A stretch of 62,409 nt of DNA, counting the filler, from Squatina squatina (Eukaryota): NCBI GenBank assembly GCA_031763465.1. It is 4 parts of 3 records of this genome, joined end to end, with 100 filler letters (N's around TTAATTAATTAA, not from the genome) between each part and the next. Parts side by side here need not be neighbours in the genome. Positions count along the whole stretch, not along the records: positions 49,787 to 62,409 come from JARFOE010000203.1; 3 more parts are not named here. One strand, given 5' to 3'. The position numbers were made by a program, and so were the translations under genes. Positions 53,241 through 62,409 of the stretch are shown here, in pieces. The notes under the pieces are model-generated. The model did no database searches. It was not told the DNA's origin and saw only the letters and a program-made list of their open reading frames with translations. The number at the start of each line of letters is the position of its first letter. Position 1 is the stretch's first letter.

Positions 53241-55282
53241 AAGCTGCCCATTGGGTCTCAGTAGTGATAGAGGTCACGAGGGTAAAACATGTTGGGATGT
53301 CGAGGTGGTGGCTGGCATGCAATTAATTCCACGAACCTATTGATACTGAATCAAATCACTCAAGCTCTCTCCTCAATCACTTAGAACAAATTTGCATGCT
53401 TTATTTTAGCCTCCTTCACTGTTGTCATTGATTTACTTTGAGATAAGAAAGCTCAGCAACAAGCTCGAATGATTCGGTCATTCAAAGCTTGGTACTCTAC
53501 TACTCCAACTCAGCCAACCTGGCAACCAAACTAGTTTTCAATGACCCGCACCTCTACTAAAAGCACCTTGGATGTGCCTGCAGGGAATGAAATGCTTCCC
53601 CTTCTAATCCATCGCTGTGGAAATCAGTATGGGAGCTGCTGGGGACAATTGATAGATCAGCCAATTGCACCGGCCAAACAACCACAGGACATGAAGTGAA
53701 TCTTCTAACCACCGAGCTCTCTGGGCCACCTCGCCCTCAACACGCTTCCTTTTAATATCGCTAAGCCACTGCTACAGGCAATATGCTAAAGCTATTTGAA
53801 GTTGAATTTTGTTTTGACAGCCACAAAGCTGACAGCTAATGAAAGTTGAGCATGTAGCAGGAAGTGTTCGGTCTCTGTACCAGCTACCACGGCTCAGAAA
53901 CACCACTGAGGAAGGACTTGTGTACTTATACAGCAAAATATCTGCTCCTCCACCATGGTTCCTAGTGTCCCGAACACCATCATATGCTGCAACCTTGCCA
54001 CAAATTTGTGTCATTGGGCTCATTCCCAACATTAATTGCTTTAATTATTTTCCCTCCAACTTTTTTCCCCTCTTTTTCCTAGAATATTTTTGTACCACAA
54101 AAGATTCCCCTCAGCCCTGTGCTGGCTCTTTGCAAGTGGTGTCCAATTAGTCCCTTCTCCCACCCCTTTCCCGATCCCCTTTTAAATTAATCTTTTTCAA
54201 ATATTTATCTAAAAAACCTTTTATGGATTCTGCTTCCNNNNNNNNNNNNNNNNNNNNNNNNNNNNNNNNNNNNNNNNNNNNNNNNNNNNNNNNNNNNNNN
54301 NNNNNNNNNNNNNNNNNNNNNNNNNNNNNNNNNNNNNGTTTCAACTTGGACGTTTCCTTGTTTGAGCGGCTGATCATGATGAATGTGCACTTTGTCCGGC
54401 TCGATTATCAAGTGAGTTCCCCAACCTGGTAACTGTTGGCATTTCAACTAATACTCCCAGGGAGTCTATCCCTGCACTTTACGTTTGCTTCCCTTACTAT
54501 CAAACTGTCCTGTCATTACACCTTTTCTCCTTACTGTTCTGTGAATTATTTATGCCCTTTTGGAACTTGGACACTTCCAACCATGTTATTTAACTAGAAG
54601 GGAGGAAAGAGGTCAGGAAGAGTGGCCTTTTGAGCCTCTGTCACTAGTTTGGATCCAAGTCTGAGGGTCTGATACTGAGGTGCCACAATCTAAAGTCTAA
54701 ATTTGAAGCTTGTGATATATGTCCTCAATCCGGCAGTTTCCACTTTTACTCCAGTGAAATGAGGCTGCAGGTTTATAGTCTGGTTTAATCAGTGGTGTGG
54801 ACCATAGTTACAAACTGCCAGTGACCGGATGAGCAAACGTACAGCACAAAGTGGGCAAATCTTCATCTTGCACTGCCTGATTTTAATGGAATGAAAATCG
54901 GGTGGGTTTACAACTTCATTAGGCAACAAGGAAAGGTTTGCAGGGCTATGGGGAAAGGGCAAGAGAGTGGGGCTAGCAGAGTGCCAGCACGGGCTAGACG
55001 GGCCAAATAGCCTTCTTCCGCACTGTAACCATTCTATGATTCTATGAATGGGATCTGTTGTTGTGATTGAGGCTCAGAGGCCTAGAGGCCTGAGCTGGTA
55101 ATAAACTGGATGTTCTGAACATCAATGGTCCAGAGTGAGAACAAGCTTCTATTAAACATTGGGTAGGATACCCATTTTTAGGGGTTGGACTGGAAATGCA
55201 AGGGTGTGAGGTGTTTTAGGACTTGCCAGAAATGTTTGAGAAGATATGTTGCCCTGTGTTAAGTTTAAACTTAACCTCTACA

Positions 55283-55500
55283 CTGCCCTGAGACTGTTTA
55301 ATGGGGCAGTGTAGAGGGAGCTTTACTCTGTATCTAATCTGGGCTGCAGCTGCCCTGGGAGTGTTTCCTTGGACAGTGTAGAGGGTACTTTACTTTATGT
55401 CTAACCCATGCTGTAACTAACTGCCCTGGATGTGTTTGATGGGACCGTGTAGAGGGAGTTTTACTTTGTATTTAACCTATACTGTACCTGCCCTGGGAAT
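55283..55500. repeat. ~67-bp tandem satellite (about 3.3 copies)
   Basis: The anchor ctgccctg occurs at 55283, 55350, 55421 and 55488. Unit: ctgccctgggagtgtttgatgggacagtgtagagggagctttactctgtatctaacc..ctgta. A partial copy also lies at 9912-9958. Confidence 0.85.
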
Positions 55501-56443
55501 ATTTGGGGAAGGAAGATTATGTAGGGTGGGAATTTGAAGTTTTGGATGAACAAGGAAGGGACGTATAGGGGAGCATTGATTATATTTGTATTGATAAAAT
55601 AGAGAGAAAGAGACAAGAATGGTTGCAAGAAAACAAGGTTGGAGAAAAAGCTTTTCCCATATTATGGTTTGGATTACAGTTGATGTTCTTGGAAATCCTC
55701 CCAGATTTCAAATTTTGGATGGACTTGAGAATTGCCGATAGTTATGGAGAGAAAAAGAAAGGTCTGATGGGAAAAGGAATTACAATTTGAAAAGACTCAT
55801 CAATGATTGATTTGGAAGGTGTGCCCACGATTAATGCAGCGTATATAATAAATGGGTAACACAGAATAGATACCAGTGGGCAATACGGAATGGAAACCCG
55901 TGGTTGGTGTATTCATCTAGACTGATGTACTCGATGCAGGAAGTATGAGAGGTGTGGGTCTTTTTCTAGAAATAATGAAAGTGTTTGTGTTTAGAAGTGA
56001 AGATATTCATAGTTCATGTGTGGGCAGGAAGGATTGAGAGGTGTCAATGGCATTCTCCCTGGGAAAGTTTTGTAATTATATACTTTAGCAATAACCATGA
56101 TGCATAATCAGACAAAACATGATTGATGAGTTTGGACACTTTCCAAGTGCACTCTGTCAGCCCAGATTGCCCTTAAGCTGAGGATCACCCTGGAAAGTAT
56201 TACATTTATGACCTTGATATTATATCCGTATTGGATGTAAATGCAGCTAAAAAATGTGATTGGCCTAGAAATTATTTTGTGCTGGCCTGGAACAGGCTGG
56301 CCTGAGACACACCCAATATTGAACCTCAGGCCTAATTTACCAAGTCATCAAGCTGCTGACAGCTGCATGGCATCCCCAGGTAGCTCACCGGTGAAAATGT
56401 TTAAATTTTGGGCAGCTGCTTTGCTGGCAGTGGTCCTGAAGTA

Positions 56444-56578
56444 GCTTGCTGTGCACATATTTGCTGCTGCGTTTCCTACATTACAACAGTGACTACACTT
56501 TAAAAAAGTACTTCATTGGCTGTAAAGCGCTTTGGGACATTCTGAGGATGTGAAAGGTGCTCCAGAAATGCAAGTCCA
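56444..56578 (+). mobile_element. SacSINE1-like SINE 3' tail
   Basis: gcttgctgtgcac...cattggctgtaaagcgctttgggac...aaatgcaagt. Confidence 0.78.
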
Positions 56579-57384
56579 TTTTTTAAATATTTGTTCACAG
56601 NNNNNNNNNNNNNNNNNNNNNNNNNNNNNNNNNNNNNNNNNNNNNNNNNNNNNNNNNNNNNNNNNNNNNNNNNNNNNNNNNNNNNNNNNNNNNNNNNNNN
56701 TTCGAGGCCGCATGTTAGGCCAATTTAACCCCACTTATAGCTTAGTAGAACAGACCCAGTGCCTGCTCTGTTTAGTGAAGACAAATTTTGCTGAGGGGGC
56801 CTTAAACAGGCTTTAAGTCCCTGATTAGCATATGCAAGGAGCCTAATGCCTGTTTAAGGCAGCCAGCTAGGACACCTAAAAAAAATGTCCAAGGCCAATA
56901 TGGCATCGGACGTATTTCAGGCATCCTTGGGAACAGGGCATAATCCTGCAAAATTGGTCATTTTTGAGGGACAAATTTTTATCCCCCTTATTTCTAATTA
57001 TGCACCTTCTTATGTCTTAAGCTTACATTCCAGAGTGGATTTGCAGCATTTGTTTTATTTGTTTATTTTTCCATCCTTTCTCCCCCTGCGATTCCCCCCT
57101 CCCCGCCCGCCACACAGAAATCCATCCTCCAGTACCTGCAGCTAGAGCTGATTGCAGTATCAGTTGTCTTCCTTTGTGTCTGTGCCTGTGAGAGAAGGTC
57201 GAGTCGAGAACCCTTTATTCTGATGCCAGGGTCTCTTTTCTTTTGTCTTCCCACTGCCGTTCGCCTGGTAACTCGTGACTGTGACTCCGGCTGTCACTGA
57301 GGTGTGGATAGTCAGCAGGGAGAGCCGCCTTGGGCCCACCATTAGCGTTTGCAGGGAAGTGCCGAAGGATTTTGCACGGGTGTG

Positions 57385-58020
57385 ATGGAGAGTGCTTGCT
57401 TCCAGGTGGTGGGATTCATCACAGCTGTGATCGGGTGGCTCATGGCCTGCGTTGCTATGGCAATCCCGCAATGGAAAATCCGGAATCTGGACGGCAGCAC
57501 AATTCTGACGGTGGAGGAGGGCTGGGAGGGGATCTGGATGAACTGCGTCAATGATAGTGGGGGTCTCCTGAGCTGTGACATATACGACTCGCTGCTGGGC
57601 TTGCCGTCTGACCTACGGGCAGCCAGAGCTCTCATGTGCCTGGCGGCGGCATTGGGCATTTTAGCCATAGTGGTGTCGAGCGCAGGCATGAAGTGCACCA
57701 AGTTTGCGAGGGGTGAGGAGAGGTTCAAGGCCTTGCTGACCATTACTGGAGGGGTTTTCTTCATCCTGGCGGGAACGTGTGTCCTGATTCCCGTCTCCTG
57801 GACTGCTGGCAACATCGTGGCTGACTTCTACAACCCTCTGGTGCCCATGTCGATGAAGGCGGAGCTGGGAGACGCTCTTTTCCTGGGGTGGGGATCGACT
57901 TGTGTGTTGGTCCTCGGGGGAACCATCCTCTGCTGCTCGTGCCCAGCAAAGAGTGAGTGGAGTAAAGGATACGGGAGGAATCGCGCTCAGTATCAGCCCA
58001 CAGCTCCAGGAAACAGGTAA
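57385..58020 (+). CDS. Intronless claudin (claudin-3/4/6-like scaffold), 211 aa
   Basis: The ATG at 57385 is the likely start (the ORF track starts at an upstream TTG). Four hydrophobic segments, the W30...G49-I-W51...C54...C64 claudin signature, and AARAL, GMKCT, DFYNPLVP and ELG-AL-LGW motifs. Confidence 0.92.
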   Translation: MESACFQVVGFITAVIGWLMACVAMAIPQWKIRNLDGSTILTVEEGWEGIWMNCVNDSGGLLSCDIYDSLLGLPSDLRAARALMCLAAALGILAIVVSSAGMKCTKFARGEERFKALLTITGGVFFILAGTCVLIPVSWTAGNIVADFYNPLVPMSMKAELGDALFLGWGSTCVLVLGGTILCCSCPAKSEWSKGYGRNRAQYQPTAPGNR

Positions 58021-58022
58021 TG

Positions 58023-58179
58023 ATCGCTGCTGAAACCCGCATCCGCGTCTTTGTCACCTTCAGACTCAACTATTCCAAAGCTCTCCTGGCCGGCCTTCCA
58101 TCTTCCACCCTCCGTAAACTTCAGCTCATCCAAAACTCTGCTGCCCATGTCCTAACTCGCACCAAGTCCCGCTCACCCA
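58023..58179 (+). mobile_element. L2 LINE ORF2 fragment directly after the claudin stop
   Basis: Encodes RLNYSKALLAGLPSSTLRKLQLIQNSAAHVLTRTK, the L2 'RLDYxN.LL.GLP...LQ.IQN.AA' motif. Confidence 0.85.
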
Positions 58180-58280
58180 NNNNNNNNNNNNNNNNNNNNN
58201 NNNNNNNNNNNNNNNNNNNNNNNNNNNNNNNNNNNNNNNNNNNNNNNNNNNNNNNNNNNNNNNNNNNNNNNNNNNNNNNC

Positions 58281-59111
58281 TTGGATGCTCCCATGCTCTT
58301 GAATCTTAACAAAAGTTCAAGAAATCAGAGGCCACATTCCATCACTTCTTTTCCCACATTACCTCCAATAGAAGAGGATCAAACCAATCCAAATAGTCTT
58401 TTATCTTCAGCAATCACCGAGAAACCACAGCAGCCTGCGGACCCTGTGGCCGTCAATGGGAAACCTTTGCCAAGCCTACCAATCCAACCAGTTTCACCAC
58501 TCCCGCGAATGGATTTCTCAAAGACAACAATAAATAAAGAAATTCTCACCCCTGGACAGATGATGAAGATGCAGCTCGAGGATAAGCCCAGATCTGGAGT
58601 CCAACGTGCTTCTGCAGAGAACAGCATAGTCTTCCAATCAACTCTTTTGGGGAGGACCAACTTTGAGTTTAGTGCGAATTCAGAAAACAAGGAGCCCCTC
58701 AGTGGAGAGAACACGTGGTCTCGAATTAGCAACAGCTGGTTGTACTCCAATTATCAGAAGCCCAACCAGTCTTTCTCCAGCAGGTCATTGGACCTCAACC
58801 TGAAATCAAAGACCACAAGTCCAAGCAATGGACCATCCACTGCATTACCAAATCTCGCAGAGAGAAGTTTATCACACGAAGATGTCGGCACAACAAAAAT
58901 GACTGTGGACCTCACACCGCCAACTTTCATTAGCTCATTTGAAGGGCATTTAATGGACACTAGAAGGCCCAGCCTGCCCTCGGACATCTCTGACAGGCTG
59001 ATGACTGGATACTCCAGTCTGTCAGATACTGGTAGGAATCTTCAGTCCTGCAGAATTTCTTTACCTTCTGATTTAGACCACTCCACTATTGCCAATAGAA
59101 AACCAGGAAAA
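58281..59111 (+). CDS. Large low-complexity exon of a beta/gamma-crystallin domain protein (CRYBG1/AIM1 or CRYBG2/AIM1L-like); 5' end in gap
   Basis: About 277 open codons with motifs in the same order as recalled for AIM1: LPPIEED (LPPIHED), QRASAENSIVFQS (KRASAEQSVLFKS), SRISNSWLYS (SRLEKSALFS), and NRKPGK (NPRPGK) just before the first crystallin domain. Phase-0 donor candidates at 59112 (GTGACG) or 59136 (GTGAGT). Confidence 0.72.
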
Positions 59112-59285
59112 GTGACGGCTTTTCCAGATGCATGGGTGAGTTGAAAGTTTTCTCCACACTTTTTTTCCCAATAATTCTCATTCCTNNNNNNNNNNNNNNN
59201 NNNNNNNNNNNNNNNNNNNNNNNNNNNNNNNNNNNNNNNNNNNNNNNNNNNNNNNNNNNNNNNNNNNNNNNNNNNNNNNNNNNNN

Positions 59286-59580
59286 TGCTTGATGCAGTGC
59301 TGTTGCCTGGATCCTGTTGCTGGCTCTCTAATGCAATCTGCAAGTCAAAAATATAGTCGATAACGTGCTGAAGGATTTCCATTTTGCTGACTTTTTTGTT
59401 CTGAGGGATGCTAGGGACCAGCTCCTTCAGCTTACAGTAGCAGTCGTTCATGTCGTACAGCAAGCTGATGGACTCCTCTAAAGGGTTCTTGCTCCGTGAG
59501 ATGGCCAAACTCTGCTCAGACAAACAGCAGACCGCCTCATAACAGCTTCTGACAGATCGGACGGGGCTGATGGCTTTCAT
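59286..59580 (-). CDS. ID3: Inhibitor of DNA binding 3, exon 1 (HLH), running into a gap
   Basis: The N-terminus [29 protein letters not shown] is diagnostic of ID3. HLH: [44 protein letters not shown]. Confidence 0.92.
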
Positions 59581-61282
59581 TGCTCCTCTCTCAAAATTTC
59601 CTCTTCAAGCGTTTTAAAAAAAAAATAAAACCTCCTGTTGAAACGAGTGGGTGTTGGAAATTGCAATGTCTGTATCTCTCTCTCTCTCTCCCCGTACAGC
59701 TGCAGTACAGTAACCAGCCTGCGGACTGAAAGCAGAAACGATAGCTATGTTTTCTGGACTTTCCTGTATTTATCTGGCCCCAGTTACCAGCGCCACCGAT
59801 GGAATAAGGAACAAGAGCTGGACAGCTGGGAAAGAAAAAAAAACTCGTGGAACAAGCCGGGTTTTACAGTGCGAATTCCTTTACAATTGTGTTTTGAGTG
59901 CAACTGCATCAGAATGGAAAAGTAAAGGATTGAGCATATTGAAAACAAATTATTGCCAGTCTAGATCTTTACCACCGGTTTAGAAATTTCATATTTGGAA
60001 AAGTTGCCACCGGATTTTTCACGAACCGAAAGAGATATATTTAAGAACTGGCGGTTGTCAGCAGTTACCTAAAAGTGAAAAAATCCCCCTTCTGATTCAC
60101 AACTGCACTTAGCTGAATTTCTTTGACGTGACTCTCTGGGGCTGTTTTTAGTATGTGTGTGTACAGTATGTGTGCACGTTTCATTGTTTTCACAGGGTTT
60201 CTGCAATTATTTAATCTTTATTTTCAGTTTGATCCCAGACATTCTCACCCCGTTCCCCTGCAGTTACCCGTACAGTTTGCCATTGCAGCTCTCTCTCTAA
60301 TACCCCCTCCCTTTCAAGAGAAAACTCTTAAAAGACCGTTTTTTGCAAAGGTTCTCGTTGTGACTAATGCAAGCGGCGGTTTCACGCAGCTGTGCAAATC
60401 GACAGTTTTAAAATGCCTTTTTTGCATCATCACAAACCGTTTTAATCTGCAAAACTACTGGCGCCTAAAAATTCGATTTCAATTTGCATGCATTGCTATT
60501 CTACTTAACGTGCATACTGTCAGCCCGTTGCTTTGCGATTTGTGNNNNNNNNNNTTTACGAAAACATTTCTAGTTCGCTGGCTGGCGTGTCTAAGCTTAG
60601 TTTCCCAGACATTTGAAAGTTTTTTTTTAGCTCACTCGAATATATATGCTATTGGAGTTGTTGCATTTATAGCTTGAGAAAAGAAATGAGGTTGCTTTTC
60701 AAATTTGTTTAACAAGTTTCAACTTTTTTTTTGCAAAAGCTTTTAAACTTTTGAGGAAGTTTTGAACTATTGCAAAGTTTCAACTTTTGCACAATTTGTC
60801 ATAACTTTTTGTTTAAAAAAAACTGATCTTTGCACATCTGGCTGTCCCTGCCAGCTGTGTTGATCTAGGTAGATTCGTTTTCTCAAGGCAAACAGGGCTA
60901 GTTTTGACAGGTGATGAATTGGCAGGAACTAGAAGCAATCAGCAGACTNNNNNNNNNNNNNNNNNNNNNNNNNNNNNNNNNNNNNNNNNNNNNNNNNNNN
61001 NNNNNNNNNNNNNNNNNNNNNNNNNNNNNNNNNNNNNNNNNNNNNNNNACCCACTGTTGCAACTTGCAATAAAAACGTGTGAGATTTGGTAGATGCGAAA
61101 GTGATACGGGCGCTTTTTGTTTTGGGTGGGGAGTGCACCTTGTTTTTCGCCCACCGACTTGCCCCCTGGCTGCCCAGCTGTGTTGTCTTTGCAGCGAGTT
61201 TGTGTGTACATTCCTGAGGTCAGCGCTGGTTTGCTCGCTGACAACTGATTCATTGGCAGCGGGATCGCACAGAGCGCGCGCC

Positions 61283-61341
61283 CAGACTGGCCGGCGCCAG
61301 CCCCGTGACGTCACCCATTCATGAGAGCCAGCGCTGGCGCC
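61283..61341. promoter_or_regulatory. BMP-responsive element upstream of ID3: Smad4 SBE, Smad1/5 GGCGCC, CRE and a second TGGCGCC
   Basis: CAGAC (61283-87), then 5 bp, then GGCGCC (61293-98), which reads TGGCGCC-N5-GTCT on the minus strand. Palindromic GTGACGTCAC at 61305-14 and TGGCGCC at 61335-41, all in a CpG-rich patch about 1.7 kb (gapped distance) upstream of the ID3 ATG. Confidence 0.8.
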
Positions 61342-61919
61342 GCTGCGGCGGTTTCCAGGGCGACCGTAACCAGGAGCCCGGACAAAGCCTGTCAGTCAAA
61401 CGCCTTTTTTTCCCCGGGCTGCCCAATCAGCGAGGAGTGGGGGCCGAGCCACTGGGCTGTAACCCTGGTGACGCAGCTGTCAGTCAAGCCCTGGGCTGGA
61501 TGTTGGTTTGCAACAATCACCCTGAGCTCTGGGATTACTCCAGGGCTGTTTGTCAGAGGTGTCAGATCAGTAAGGAAATGTGTTTGTCCGCCCCCCACCA
61601 CCCCCTCTGTCTCAAGTGGAGATGATTTTACTACAAGGCCACCTGCACATTTGCATTTGTTCTCTTTTAGAGGCGGTAAATCTTGTAATAAGCAAATGTG
61701 AATGAGTCTGGATCAAGGGCAGCAACGAATAAAGCTTGCCTTACTGCTTTGCAAGGTTTTAATTACAGGGAAATCTGATGAGAGGTGATACCATTTGATG
61801 AATCCATGTAGTAGCCCCATGTTCATCAAACAGCTTGTGCTTGTTTAGGTTTGGATTCTGGGGGGAGTATGTGACCACTCCCAGCATTTACACCAGGAAA
61901 TTGCGATGCTCACGGTGAC

Positions 61920-62096
61920 TCGGGTGACCAGAGATGTCCCAGTTTTGCCGGGACAATCCTGGTTTTTCGGGGAACGTCCTGGTGTTCCGACACTTACCTT
62001 GAAATTGCTCAAATGCCCCGGTTTCTAGGAACGAGAAACAAAGGCCCTGACTGCACCCACAGAGGTGACCTGACTGCTCAAGATCTGGTCACCCTA
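61920..62096. mobile_element. Non-autonomous hAT (Blackjack/MER81-like) MITE, 177 bp
   Basis: TIRs T(C)GGGTGACCAGA ... TCTGGTCACCCTA, with a perfect 8-bp TSD ACGGTGAC at 61912-61919 and 62097-62104. Confidence 0.88.
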
Positions 62097-62139
62097 ACGG
62101 TGACTAATATGTAAAGAGAGAACTTGCATTTACATTTTA

Positions 62140-62409
62140 AGGGCTCTTTATCTAAATACATGCAGCATTTGAAACAAAATAAATGAATTGACTGCACAAA
62201 TAGAAATAAATGGGTATAATCTGATAGCTATTACGGAGACGTGGTTACAAGGTGATCAAAGCTGGGGACTGAATATTCAGGGGTATTTGACTTTTCGGAA
62301 GGATAGGAGAAGGGAAAAGGAGGTGGGGTAGCTCTGTTAATAAAGGATGAAATTAGTATGATAGTGAGAAATGATCTTGGTTCAAAGGATCAAGAGGTAG
62401 AATCCATTT
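62140..62409 (+). mobile_element. CR1 LINE ORF2 apurinic endonuclease N-terminal fragment (degenerate)
   Basis: Translates, with a stop and a frameshift, as LYLN...NKINELTAQIEINGYNLIAITETWLQGDQSW.LNIQGYLTFRKDR...KGGGVALLIKDEI. Confidence 0.85.

Noticed and set aside
55283-55500. CRISPR-like periodicity
   Set aside because: Whole units are similar with no unique spacers, there are no cas genes, and the context is vertebrate.
58020-59144. 374-aa ORF as a single gene
   Set aside because: It is a chimera read through an N gap: an L2 ORF2 fragment joined to the CRYBG-like exon.
59086-59285. C-terminal extension of the ID3 ORF (GMRIIGKK...)
   Set aside because: Read-through of an N gap into a different contig.

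Overview
Vertebrate genomic DNA, most likely from a shark. The evidence is many SacSINE1/DeuSINE-like SINEs, CR1, L2 and RTE LINE fragments, and spliced vertebrate genes. It is a heavily gapped draft: three artificial N44-TTAATTAATTAA-N44 spacers join four unrelated scaffolds. (A) 1-13071 holds two LMX1 (LMX1A-like) exons in conflicting orientation. (B) 13172-29136 holds one ARHGEF3 exon (-) and a lone antisense 63-bp exon resembling a PARP14/15 macrodomain. (C) 29237-49686 holds exons 1, 2 and 4 of an EXT1-family gene (ext1c/EXTL1-like, -); exon 1 breaks off into a minisatellite. (D) 49787-62409 holds the last two exons of a PRDM1/ZNF683(Hobit)-like zinc-finger gene, an intronless claudin, a large CRYBG1/2 (AIM1/AIM1L)-like exon, ID3 exon 1 with an upstream Smad/CRE BMP-response element, and a hAT MITE with a perfect 8-bp TSD. 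No prokaryotic systems, CRISPR arrays or rRNA are visible. The best leads are the Blimp/Hobit-CRYBG-ID3 block, the claudin with a claudin-2-like D65-I66-Y67 motif and no PDZ tail, and the orphan macrodomain exon. All homology calls come from recalled sequences, not database searches.
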